Part shown: in pieces, positions 1 to 7,820 of the stretch | How the letters are laid out: every line of letters starts with the position of its first letter | Numbering within the stretch: the first letter of the stretch is position 1 | Source: Klebsiella phage phi_KPN_H2 | Length of the DNA: 60,324 nucleotides | Direction: 5' to 3' (one strand) | Sequence record: OQ267593.1 | Notes under the pieces: generated by a model | Seen by the model: only the letters and a program-made list of their open reading frames with translations | Databases searched by the model: none | Told to the model about the DNA's origin: nothing | Made by a program: the position numbers and the translations under genes

Positions 1-120
1 GTGATGGTAATCCGACACCATATGGTAAATGGCATAACGTATTTGCTCGCCAGTATTTACAGTTAGGTAAGTTTAAAACAAACAGTCAGGGTAATCTGCA
101 ACATATTGAAACAGGTGATA
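1..120. repeat. exact 120-bp terminal redundancy (identical to 60205..60324)
   Basis: Base-by-base comparison of the first and last 120 nt. Confidence 0.95.
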
Positions 121-170
121 CAGATTATCAAAACTATCTTGTACCACCATCTGAGGTGAGCAAACCATGA
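3..170 (+). CDS. 3' portion of a gene that wraps across the window ends (continues from 60048-60324); CxxC...CxxC zinc-ribbon small protein, about 108 aa in total
   Basis: The open frame continues in phase from the window end through the 120-bp terminal identity. Its stop TGA at 168-170 overlaps the ATG of the next gene at 167 (ATGA coupling). Confidence 0.5.
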   Translation, partial: DGNPTPYGKWHNVFARQYLQLGKFKTNSQGNLQHIETGDTDYQNYLVPPSEVSKP

Positions 171-484
171 AACGACTGATATTACTGACGACTCTTACGC
201 TCGCCGCTGCAGTGAACGGTGCGGAGTTAAAACGCTGTGACCTGACGATCACCCGGCTGAACTCGACAGACAGCATTACGCGGCCCGGTGGCGCAACTGT
301 TGTTGATGATGTAGATCGGTTCGTGGTGATGACCAGCGATTTTACAAGCTGGAGCCTGAAACTGAACCGTTACGGGTTCGGGAAGTCGAAAGACGGTAAA
401 CGGATGTTCGTAAAAGACAACGGCAACTACACCGCGAAAGAAACGCTGATCACCTTATCTGCAACAAACTGTCATCCCTTCTGA
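167..484 (+). CDS. small secreted/periplasmic protein (N-terminal signal peptide MKRLILLTTLTLAAAVNGAEL)
   Basis: Hydrophobic h-region followed by an AxA-like cleavage context. Translationally coupled to the upstream gene. Confidence 0.5.
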   Translation: MKRLILLTTLTLAAAVNGAELKRCDLTITRLNSTDSITRPGGATVVDDVDRFVVMTSDFTSWSLKLNRYGFGKSKDGKRMFVKDNGNYTAKETLITLSATNCHPF

Positions 485-500
485 ACTGCTGGCGGGGCGC

Positions 501-1427
501 TCAACCCCGCTGCATATCTGTATAGAATTGCATAATCACATCGTCTGGTACAGCATCAAAATCACACTCAGAGTTCATCATCATGGCGAACGGTCGAACG
601 TATTCGCGGATCTCCTGTGTTACACCCATCGCATTAAACGGCGTGCCTGTACCTTCATAATGCTCTGTCAGTGTCACCATTGTTTCCAGCACATCAGAAG
701 GCCATTCCCGATCGATATGGTTGTGTAGCCAGTTTTCCGTGATGTTGTACCCGGTAACGTTCCGGCGCAGGGTGTACAGCGCGTTGTTGAAGTTCCCGCA
801 CATGGTTTCAAACCGTTTCCAGACGTCATAACCATAACGGATCACTGCATCCTTATGACTCATTACCCGTGGTGATCCGTCGCCCTGGGACACTGGTAAA
901 CCGTTCTGGATCACGTCATCCATAAAGTTCAGAACATCCGGGTACCAGCCGTTATCGATCCGGTTCAGTACCCATGATTCAGTGACCCGGCGATTCAGTG
1001 ACCCGGCGTTACGCAGCACATCAACTGCCTTAAACGTCCCGCCGCAGATATCCCTGAAACGTTCCCAGACGTCATAGCCGTAGATCACCCGTTCAACTTC
1101 TTTATCCATCATCCGCAACTGCTGAAAATAATTATCGCTGAACCGACGATGAGGAAGCGCCGCACGCAGCATATCAACACTGACCGTTTTGTTCAGTACG
1201 ATTTCTGCTTTCGGTGTTTGCGCCGGGATGACCACGGGGACCAGATCCAGTTCCCCGCCCGTTACCGTAGTAAGGATTAAATTTAAAGTTTCTGCCCGTG
1301 GTAACCGTTTCCCGGTCATCCATTCTGTGAACCGACCCCTGTTTACGCTGCAACCCATCATTTTTAGATAACTTACTGCGTTGTCTGCCGATCCAAAATG
1401 ACTGGCGAATTTTTCAAACAAGTTCAT
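501..1427 (-). CDS. hypothetical protein with an internal tandem domain duplication (YGYDVW[EK]RF...NWL..ID..WP.DVL repeated)
   Basis: 308-aa ORF. SD AAGGTG lies upstream of the ATG at 1427. Two roughly 75-aa repeats are visible in the translation. Confidence 0.6.
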   Translation of the reverse strand: MNLFEKFASHFGSADNAVSYLKMMGCSVNRGRFTEWMTGKRLPRAETLNLILTTVTGGELDLVPVVIPAQTPKAEIVLNKTVSVDMLRAALPHRRFSDNYFQQLRMMDKEVERVIYGYDVWERFRDICGGTFKAVDVLRNAGSLNRRVTESWVLNRIDNGWYPDVLNFMDDVIQNGLPVSQGDGSPRVMSHKDAVIRYGYDVWKRFETMCGNFNNALYTLRRNVTGYNITENWLHNHIDREWPSDVLETMVTLTEHYEGTGTPFNAMGVTQEIREYVRPFAMMMNSECDFDAVPDDVIMQFYTDMQRG

Positions 1428-1499
1428 GTTGTTTCACCTTACCAGATATATAACGAGAACTTTACGCCTTATATGAAACAAGGTCAACTCTTATATGCA

Positions 1500-1760
1500 A
1501 CAGTTTCAAAGTTGGCCTTGTTTACGCTGGTAAGGTGAAACAGAAAAGTTGTTACATCTGGTAAGCTGAAACAAAGATCTATGTAAACCATACAAGCACA
1601 TTTGGTAAGCTGTAACTAAAATCCTTATTTATTAATAACTTACTACTTTATAACATAGATAACATAGATAACATAGATAATATAAAAAAGTATAAACCCT
1701 ATAAAGATAGGCTAGTTAAACTGGTAAGCTGTAACAAGGTAAACTAGGAGGGATTTAAAA
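1500..1760. repeat. AT-rich non-coding region with four direct repeats of CTGGTAAG(C/G)TG(T/A)AAC and (CATAGATAA)x3
   Basis: GGTAAGGTGAAACAG at about 1521, GGTAAGCTGAAACAA at about 1561, GGTAAGCTGTAAC at about 1604 and 1721; CATAGATAACATAGATAACATAGATAA at about 1657-1683. Confidence 0.7.
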
Positions 1761-1880
1761 GTTATAGGGAAATAGTATGTAAACTATGATTTTCTATGTT
1801 TTCAACAACTTAAAGTATGTTGTAGACACCGGGTGGTAATTTGTGCAAAATAACCCAAAAGTGTAAGAGGAAACTAGCTT

Positions 1881-2516
1881 ATGAAAATTTCAGACCGTGC
1901 TAAACGTGCAAGTCTGGAGTTAACTACCGACCAACTCAGATTTGCTAATCTGTGGCTAGATCGTGCGAATAACGGCCTCAGTAATGCTCAGTGCGTTTTA
2001 GAGGCTTACCCAGGACATAAAGACTTAAACGCCGCACAGGTCACTGCACACCGTCTGTTGTCGAATACGAAGGTGTTAAACTACCTCGACGCGATGGGTA
2101 GTCATGCGCTGGAATCTGTTGGTGAATCGTTGTCATCTCGTGTCGAATGGTGGAAGCGTGCGGCAAGCACCGCTGAAGAATTACTGGAGCCATTTTGCAA
2201 ACGCGTTGTGATCCCAGGCGAGGACGATGACGAATGCAAACACCTGTGGGTGAACAGCACTGACGATATCCCGAACCACCTGCAACAATACGTGGTGCGT
2301 TACAAACGTTATCTATTGGGCGGGTACACGCTGGAGACGCGTGAACTGTTCGATCCTAAGACGCGGGCGAAAGCATCAGAGAACTTGGATAAAATCACCG
2401 GGAACAGTGTTGAGCGTGTGGAATTGTCAGGAACGGTGGGTAATGTGGTTCAGAGTGTTCCCGAAGGTGCCAGCATTGAAGATATCGCGCAGTTATATCA
2501 GAAGGCGCTGAAGTAG
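1881..2516 (+). CDS. terS: terminase small subunit-like protein (Terminase_2-like N-terminal HTH region)
   Basis: N-terminus LTTDQLRFANLWLDRANNGLSNAQCVLEAYPG...AAQVTAHRLLSNTKVLNYLDAM matches the conserved TerS pattern LTxKQ..F...Y...N.t.AA..AGYS...A...a.rLL.n.kV. It is preceded by a repeat-rich AT region. It lies far from terL, which is unusual. Confidence 0.55.
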   Translation: MKISDRAKRASLELTTDQLRFANLWLDRANNGLSNAQCVLEAYPGHKDLNAAQVTAHRLLSNTKVLNYLDAMGSHALESVGESLSSRVEWWKRAASTAEELLEPFCKRVVIPGEDDDECKHLWVNSTDDIPNHLQQYVVRYKRYLLGGYTLETRELFDPKTRAKASENLDKITGNSVERVELSGTVGNVVQSVPEGASIEDIAQLYQKALK

Positions 2517-2606
2517 CAGGTTAGACCGCCTCAAATTCAGCCGGAAACCGTTTGCGTTTTGACGATCGGCGGTTAGGTAGTGTAAAGGTACAGGTTGATA
2601 TAAGAA

Positions 2607-2625
2607 AGCCCCTTACGGGGCGTTT
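2607..2625. terminator. hairpin GCCCC-TTAC-GGGGC between convergent genes (terS on + and 2613..2930 on -); the T-run is on the minus strand side
   Basis: Stem-loop plus a TTTCTT run on the minus strand. Confidence 0.4.
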
Positions 2626-2930
2626 ACGATAAAATTTAAAGCACCTGTTTTACCAGTGCGTTCAACGTATGCTGCGTACTGAGGGTTAACCATATCTTTG
2701 AAACTGCTTGCCAGGGGTGCCAGAACGTCATACATCACCGCAGCAAAAGTTGCACGTTGATCTTCATTGAACGTCATGTATTCAACGAACATTTGCTGTT
2801 GTTTGGTGAAGTAGGAAACAATTTCTTCGTGAATAACCATCATGATCTGCTGTTCAGTCATGTCAGCGGTGATGCGCAGTTTTACATTTTCAACGATGAC
2901 TGGGGCGATTTTCTTAAATTCGTTAATCAT
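2613..2930 (-). CDS. hypothetical protein
   Basis: The ORF track gives 2613..2969, but the first ATG lies inside the -10 of the conserved promoter. Start moved to the Met at 2930, which has a GGAGA SD 7 nt upstream. Confidence 0.5.
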   Translation of the reverse strand: MINEFKKIAPVIVENVKLRITADMTEQQIMMVIHEEIVSYFTKQQQMFVEYMTFNEDQRATFAAVMYDVLAPLASSFKDMVNPQYAAYVERTGKTGALNFIVNAP

Positions 2931-2983
2931 TTTCTTGTCTCCGGTAGTTCGTTTTCTATGAACTAACAATACACTTCCCTGTG

Positions 2984-3007
2984 TAATCCGTCAAGAATTA
3001 TTTTAAA
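2984..3007 (-). promoter_or_regulatory. conserved phage promoter element copy 1 (minus orientation; -35 TTGACG plus upstream A/T UP-like AAAATAATTC)
   Basis: Reverse complement TTTAAAATAATTCTTGACGGATTA, then 17 nt, then a TATTGT -10 on the minus strand. Confidence 0.6.
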
Positions 3008-3129
3008 TATTCATCGTCACCAGGAACACAGAACATTTCCCAGGGCATCTTTTCAGTTACTTCCAGTTCCAGATCGCCGCGTGTGTTTTCAGCGATAATC
3101 TTCACGGGTACACCGTCATAGGTTTTCAT
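3004..3129 (-). CDS. small hypothetical protein (41 aa)
   Basis: Its ATG overlaps the stop of the upstream gene (ATGA). Too short to appear in the ORF track. Confidence 0.25.
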
Positions 3130-3404
3130 TTGTTTCTGGCCTCCATCATCGCATCAGCATAGGCGTAAGCACCTTTTGCGTAATAGGAAAACGCTTCATC
3201 CGGGGTATTAAATATCGGCTGATTTTCGGATGAATGAGCGATCAACCCCTGTAAAGCAGCAATTGCAAACTGGTCACGAACGGTCAGTGTTTTCTGGTTA
3301 ATTTCTTCCAGAGTTTCCGCTGACTGAAAGTGGGAAAGACAGTTTTGACCTTCAATAGATTTATAACCCTGAGAGTGTTTATGTTCGGCATCACTACGTT
3401 TCAT
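3126..3404 (-). CDS. hypothetical protein
   Basis: 92-aa ORF coupled to rdgC (stop/start overlap). Confidence 0.5.
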   Translation of the reverse strand: MKRSDAEHKHSQGYKSIEGQNCLSHFQSAETLEEINQKTLTVRDQFAIAALQGLIAHSSENQPIFNTPDEAFSYYAKGAYAYADAMMEARNK

Positions 3405-4318
3405 CGTTGAGCCTCCCCGCCCAGACCAGTTACAAGCTGTTTGATCAGCGACTGCAGTTCACCTGTCATCAGTGTAAAATCAGCGTCGAACCGCGCTAAC
3501 ACATCTTCATGATCGATATCGTCGTTCTGTTCAATCAGTTCGTCGCAGAACTTCAGGCGCGTTAAAATCGCATCATTAGTTAGTGTGAACGTGATCCGCT
3601 GTTGCCAGTCCAGCGCCAGTTTAGTAACAACTTTTCCGGCTTCGATGTGCGTTGCGATTTCATCGCTTACCAGATCCTGTTTCTTAACTTTCGCAATACC
3701 ACCATCAGCCAGGATCGCTTTCAGTTCCGCCGCATCACCGATCGCGAAGTAATCGCCAGGGACTTTACCGAGCTTGATCCATTCAGTCATCGTCAGTTCA
3801 ACAGGGTTTTCAATCGTGAGCGGGATAACCGGGAGGCTACCCAGACTTTTACGCAGCAGTGCAAGCGCGTCCTCTGCTTTACGAGCGCTGGACGCATCGA
3901 CAACAATCAACCCGTTCATAACATCGATCCACAACTGCGTACGGCTGTCTTTGGTAAATGCCCGTGGTAATAACGAATGCAACACTTCGTCTTTCAGGCT
4001 GTCTTTCTCTGTTTTCTTCAGCTTACGACCCTGTTCACTTTCCAGTTTAGCAATACGCGCATTCAGTTCCTGTTTAATAACCGGACCGGGCAGGATTTTT
4101 TCCTGACGTTGCACGGTTAACAGATACTGAGTGTGTGACCGATGCGCCAGGGTCTGGCTGAAAGCAGTCGCCGGAACCCATCCAGTGCGTGCCATATCGT
4201 TAGAACCGCACGGCGTAAACTGGAACGGCAACAACTGTTGTTCGATGGTTACCAGTTGTGCCATCAGCGACATAGGGTTACCGATGCGATAGATAATTGC
4301 ATTTTTGAAGAAGTTCAT
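3401..4318 (-). CDS. rdgC: recombination-associated protein RdgC homologue
   Basis: Recalled near-identity to E. coli RdgC along the full 305 aa (e.g. FTPCGSx[42 protein letters not shown], [15 protein letters not shown]). Confidence 0.85.
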   Translation of the reverse strand: MNFFKNAIIYRIGNPMSLMAQLVTIEQQLLPFQFTPCGSNDMARTGWVPATAFSQTLAHRSHTQYLLTVQRQEKILPGPVIKQELNARIAKLESEQGRKLKKTEKDSLKDEVLHSLLPRAFTKDSRTQLWIDVMNGLIVVDASSARKAEDALALLRKSLGSLPVIPLTIENPVELTMTEWIKLGKVPGDYFAIGDAAELKAILADGGIAKVKKQDLVSDEIATHIEAGKVVTKLALDWQQRITFTLTNDAILTRLKFCDELIEQNDDIDHEDVLARFDADFTLMTGELQSLIKQLVTGLGGEAQR

Positions 4319-4320
4319 AA

Positions 4321-4548
4321 TTATTCCTGTTCGTTAAAAGTAGCGACAATACGCGGTAAATGGTTTTGAATTTCCAGTGACCAAACACCACGTACTTTGG
4401 TTAATTTCCACGTTACACCGTCTTTTTCGTCATCCGGGATAGATACACCATCATCTTTATAAACGGCATTGTACGTTTTACCCACCGTAAACCACGGACA
4501 AGATTTATCCACGGTTAAACAGGTGAATCCGGTTGGAAAGCGTTTCAT
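4321..4548 (-). CDS. hypothetical protein
   Basis: Track ORF 4321..4602. Start moved to the Met that overlaps the stop of the upstream gene (ATGA). Confidence 0.4.
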   Translation of the reverse strand: MKRFPTGFTCLTVDKSCPWFTVGKTYNAVYKDDGVSIPDDEKDGVTWKLTKVRGVWSLEIQNHLPRIVATFNEQE

Positions 4549-4817
4549 GGTGTCGATAATCCTCTTAGTTTGTAATTCAACCGCACACAGAACATTTCCC
4601 AAGAACGGTCGTTAAATTTAAAACATGGGTCAAATGAACCATAAGCCCAGAAATTGACATACTGACCGCATGTTTCACAGTGCGTATCAATTTCAGCAGC
4701 ATTATTCGCGACTGTGTCGGTAATGGTGTCTTTAAACCGTGCACCACCACAATCAGGACAGCGAACACATTCACCATCTTTGCTGTAATTGCTGCGGATC
4801 GACCACAACTTTTTCAC
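4545..4817 (-). CDS. zinc-ribbon protein (CVRCPDCGG...CETCGQ)
   Basis: The track ORF starts with TTG at 4847. The GTG at 4817 has a strong SD (AAGAGGA). The translation contains a C4 motif. Confidence 0.45.
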   Translation of the reverse strand: MKKLWSIRSNYSKDGECVRCPDCGGARFKDTITDTVANNAAEIDTHCETCGQYVNFWAYGSFDPCFKFNDRSWEMFCVRLNYKLRGLSTP

Positions 4818-4959
4818 CTTCAATATCCTCTTTAATAACCGGTACAATTCTGCAGCGGCAGTTGATCATTCGTTCACGACCGTTATCATCAACCGCTGCC
4901 GGGATGTAAGTTACGCCTGGTTCAAGTTCAATCGTGGGCGACCAGTCGAAACGGTTCAT
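4771..4959 (-). CDS. hypothetical protein
   Basis: 62-aa ORF whose ATG overlaps the stop of the upstream small membrane protein gene. Confidence 0.4.
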   Translation of the reverse strand: MNRFDWSPTIELEPGVTYIPAAVDDNGRERMINCRCRIVPVIKEDIEGEKVVVDPQQLQQRW

Positions 4960-5117
4960 TTATTATCCCATTTCACATGAGCAATGATTAAACCCAATGC
5001 AAACATTCCGCAATGTCCCACAATCAATGACCATACGGGAACATCAATTTTTGCACAGGTCATTGAAATCGGAAGCGCTAATATAAAAACCGACAATACG
5101 ATCGTTAAACTTTTCAT
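4956..5117 (-). CDS. small two-TM membrane protein (53 codons)
   Basis: SD AAGGA sits 7 nt upstream of the ATG at 5117. The product is strongly hydrophobic. Preferred over the + strand track ORF 4984..5241. Confidence 0.4.
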   Translation of the reverse strand: MKSLTIVLSVFILALPISMTCAKIDVPVWSLIVGHCGMFALGLIIAHVKWDNK

Positions 5118-5289
5118 TTTCGGTTCCTTCTTTTCCGTGCATCGCGCCGGGACTGTGCAACACCAGTTTTACGGCGCGGCTGTTTGGTCGGTAACTGTTG
5201 GGTTATTTGTGGTTGTGCTGCCCAGTTTTCATGATTACTAGCAACTGAACCAACAATACTGAGAAAGTGGTATAACCACGGTGTATGTC

Positions 5290-5562
5290 TCATACGTTCA
5301 GCACCGCAAAATCAGGCGACAGGCTGCGGTGATCGTGCTGCCCGGACCAGGTGAAAGAAAAGGTGTAATCGCACTGTTCACCATTGAACAGGAAGGGGAT
5401 TTGAAACCCCGTATCGTCGGTAATGCGAACTTTTACGGGGTATTCAGCTTGTGGGTCGATGGCGACAATCTGGCCGAAAGGTTTTGTTTTCCGACGTGCG
5501 AGAACGTCGATTAGTTGTGGATTGGTGATTTCCACATGTTGACCAACATGATAGATAGACAT
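5290..5562 (-). CDS. hypothetical protein
   Basis: Track ORF 5290..5589. Start moved to the Met (MSIYHV...) that has a GGAG SD. The conserved promoter lies just upstream. Confidence 0.5.
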   Translation of the reverse strand: MSIYHVGQHVEITNPQLIDVLARRKTKPFGQIVAIDPQAEYPVKVRITDDTGFQIPFLFNGEQCDYTFSFTWSGQHDHRSLSPDFAVLNV

Positions 5563-5597
5563 TTTGTTGACTCCGGGTTGTGTGTACAACCAGAAGT

Positions 5598-5804
5598 CTA
5601 TCGGGTAATTCGTAATCCGTCAAGAATTATTTTAAACCGTCCTGTACTGTCTATCGCGTAACAGATACCGTTACTGTAAACGGTGGTGGTCTGAGTAATC
5701 CTTTGATAATCGGTGCATTGGCTGCGAACACGTAAATCATACGCAGACTGTATGACGAACCAGGCAACCATTATTGCTAAAAGTTTTAACACAAATCTGA
5801 ACAT
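5598..5804 (-). CDS. small membrane protein; its 3' end is overlapped by the conserved promoter element
   Basis: Internal Met with a GGAGGG SD. Contains a TM segment. The longer track ORF 5598..5951 overlaps 5863..6150 and is probably not real in its N-terminal part. Confidence 0.3.
   Translation of the reverse strand: MFRFVLKLLAIMVAWFVIQSAYDLRVRSQCTDYQRITQTTTVYSNGICYAIDSTGRFKIILDGLRITR
5613..5636 (-). promoter_or_regulatory. conserved promoter element copy 2 (minus orientation)
   Basis: Same 24-mer (TAATCCGTCAAGAATTATTTTAAA on the + strand). Confidence 0.6.
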
Positions 5805-5862
5805 TTCCGCACCCTCCAGTGTTTCCCCCAGAGTAGTGCGGATTTCTGGGGTGGCTATGGGG

Positions 5863-6150
5863 TTAATCTGATTTAACAGTGATACCAGCAGTTTTGAGGA
5901 CTCTGGTGCAATCCTGAACACCCTGACGGTAACAGTCAGCACGGCTTGCATCTTTCGGTATTACGATGAATGAAGTATCCGGCAACTCAACCATTAACTG
6001 TTCCCGACTGGCTTTCCAGCCTTCCCACATTACAGCCATCGTCAAGAACCAGAGGTTTCCGCATTCACTCTTTTTGTTGTCGAAAAACCAATCAATAAAT
6101 TCTTTCGACATGCCGTTTCGTTCAGCCAATTCGTAACGATCATCTTTCAT
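5863..6150 (-). CDS. hypothetical protein
   Basis: 95-aa ORF. Confidence 0.5.
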   Translation of the reverse strand: MKDDRYELAERNGMSKEFIDWFFDNKKSECGNLWFLTMAVMWEGWKASREQLMVELPDTSFIVIPKDASRADCYRQGVQDCTRVLKTAGITVKSD

Positions 6151-6302
6151 AGTTTGTGCACCTTAAAATTACAGCCGGAATAGCGATGTTTACCGCACAG
6201 TTTACAGCGGTGTTCTTCAGTCGCGTAGTTGCGTTCGTCCCCGTGAATGGTTCTGAACAGATACCACTGATGTTTGCAAAAAAGACGCTTAATGAAGTTC
6301 AT
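6147..6302 (-). CDS. small Cys-containing protein (52 aa)
   Basis: Its stop overlaps the start of the downstream gene (ATGA). Contains HRCKLCGKH. Confidence 0.3.
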   Translation of the reverse strand: MNFIKRLFCKHQWYLFRTIHGDERNYATEEHRCKLCGKHRYSGCNFKVHKL

Positions 6303-6324
6303 ATTTAATCATCCACATGATAAA

Positions 6325-6504
6325 TTACATACTTTGCATCATTCGAAGTATCAACGGTCTTACCGCAGCGCGTATTTGAAGTATTGAATATTCAGGAAAC
6401 AAGCGTTCCATTTCAGACCATACTTCATTTGCATTATTTTTAACGCGACAAAGACGGACCATCGCCATCTGCATTTCAGCTTCATCGTCTTGTATTTTAC
6501 TCAC
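6325..6504 (-). CDS. small hypothetical protein (59 aa)
   Basis: GTG start with an AGAGGGG SD. Fills the gap between 6302 and 6507. Confidence 0.25.
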   Translation of the reverse strand: MSKIQDDEAEMQMAMVRLCRVKNNANEVWSEMERLFPEYSILQIRAAVRPLILRMMQSM

Positions 6505-6506
6505 TA

Positions 6507-6695
6507 TCAGTAACCCCTCTTTGACTGGTATTCAATTTTGTTCAGCGTGTTTTGCACGATCTGCCATGAGCGCATCATGAACAACGACGCATACTGTGAT
6601 AACAAGACACAACGCGGCTGAACACTGTACGCGGTGATCGTGTCCATATCATCAGGTGTCAGGAGGAAACGCCAGGGTGAGTTATTCATGTTCAA
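6507..6695 (-). CDS. hypothetical protein
   Basis: 62-aa ORF. Confidence 0.4.
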   Translation of the reverse strand: MNMNNSPWRFLLTPDDMDTITAYSVQPRCVLLSQYASLFMMRSWQIVQNTLNKIEYQSKRGY

Positions 6696-7029
6696 GCCGC
6701 TCCAGCAGTTCGCGGATGTTCTGTAGAACGTGTTGCTTTGTCTGCGTCGTTACACAAACACCATCAGTACGCCCGAACGTATTCAGCACCGTTTGAAGTA
6801 CCTGGTACATCTGTTCGTTGTGTGTAATAGACGTTTCAACAAACCATGCAGATCTAACCAAAACACCATGAATCCAGTGTAAATCAGCATCACGGTCTGC
6901 TTTCTTCATTTTCTCACTGCTGATGGCTTTACTGATGTGACATTTAACTAACTCGTCGTGCAGTTCTAATGCTTCTTTTACGGTAAAACCACCGTGCATA
7001 ATTCTTTCAGTATTCATCACAAACCCCAT
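6682..7029 (-). CDS. hypothetical protein
   Basis: 115-aa ORF. Confidence 0.5.
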   Translation of the reverse strand: MGFVMNTERIMHGGFTVKEALELHDELVKCHISKAISSEKMKKADRDADLHWIHGVLVRSAWFVETSITHNEQMYQVLQTVLNTFGRTDGVCVTTQTKQHVLQNIRELLERLEHE

Positions 7030-7214
7030 ATTAATTTAATGAGCAGCCAGAGAGCGAGTATCATTAATGAAATAAAAGCTGGTCCGTACATGATTGCGAA
7101 TGAGTGTTTCAGTCGCCAGACAGACGGTATGTAAAAACAAATAACGCCTTGAAATAAACAAACGGCGAAAAGTGTTCCTAATAATTTATCCAATAGTTCA
7201 ACCATGTTACTCAC
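7017..7214 (-). CDS. small membrane protein, paralogue of the N-terminus of 7211..7522 (MVELLDKLLGTL)
   Basis: Shared 12-aa N-terminal motif and about 35 nt of DNA similarity with the neighbouring gene. Two TM helices. Confidence 0.5.
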   Translation of the reverse strand: MSNMVELLDKLLGTLFAVCLFQGVICFYIPSVWRLKHSFAIMYGPAFISLMILALWLLIKLIWGL

Positions 7215-7522
7215 CCCGCTGTACTTTCAACCTGGTTAGGGAAATTTAAAACTTCATCGAAGACTGCACCAATACGATCTGCGCTGGGAATGAAATCACC
7301 ACTTCCATTATCAACAGCATCACATATTTCATGATAACGGGTCGCATCGAATAGTGTTACCTCACAATCACCAATAGTGGCAAATGCAATACGATGTGAT
7401 GGGCATTGAGCTAATAATTTATTTAATTTTTTAACCCATGCGCGTTCTTCTTTAGTAAGTGTTCCCAATAATTTATCCAAGAGTTCAACCATTTTAGTCG
7501 CCTCGTTATTAGATGGTGACAA
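7211..7522 (-). CDS. hypothetical protein (first gene of the leftward operon after the promoter at 7737)
   Basis: 103-aa ORF containing the MVELLDKLLGTL motif. Confidence 0.5.
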   Translation of the reverse strand: MSPSNNEATKMVELLDKLLGTLTKEERAWVKKLNKLLAQCPSHRIAFATIGDCEVTLFDATRYHEICDAVDNGSGDFIPSADRIGAVFDEVLNFPNQVESTAG

Positions 7523-7718
7523 AATATCTCTTCAACCCGTCGCAACTAGTCTCACAATCCCCGCAGGAACCACTATCAATCAGATAGTGCATCGTGTGTG
7601 ATTTCGTGGAGTGAGTTACGCTTTATACTCACCGTAGCGCCTGACAATCAGCGGTATCTTCAGCCGGACATTACCGGGTTACTACATACTTGGTCAGGTA
7701 TTTTGTCTATGTGTAAGA

Positions 7719-7758
7719 CTATAGCCGCACATCTGCAATCCGTCAAGAATTATTTTAA
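7719..7758 (-). promoter_or_regulatory. conserved promoter element copy 3 (minus orientation; extended 36-bp identity with copy 4)
   Basis: CCGCACATCTGCAATCCGTCAAGAATTATTTTAACC is identical at 7724-7759 and at 10747-10782. Confidence 0.6.
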
Positions 7759-7820
7759 CCAATACCAGCTACGATAACCCGTGGTAAACTGTACAGAACT
7801 GTTGGAAACGGAACCTTACA

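Noticed and set aside
4984-5241. + strand ORF (85 aa) inside the leftward early arm
   Set aside because: It is the wrong strand for the operon. The minus strand here encodes a well-formed 2-TM small protein (4956..5117) with an SD and ATGA coupling.
5598-5951. Track ORFs whose ends translate the conserved promoter element (5598..5951 C-terminus '...FKIILDGLRITR'; 10725..11009 '...GVKIILDGLQMCG'; 52304..52495 '...VIVKIILDGLQG')
   Set aside because: The shared peptide is just the promoter 24-mer read in one frame. 10725..11009 and 52304..52495 lie antisense to, or overlap, better genes. For 5598..5951 only the short internal-Met version (5598..5804) was kept, at low confidence.
7760-7820. Searched for a terS immediately upstream of terL
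   Set aside because: Only 60 bp of non-coding sequence is present there. The only TerS-like protein is the distant 1881..2516, so no small terminase subunit was annotated adjacent to terL.
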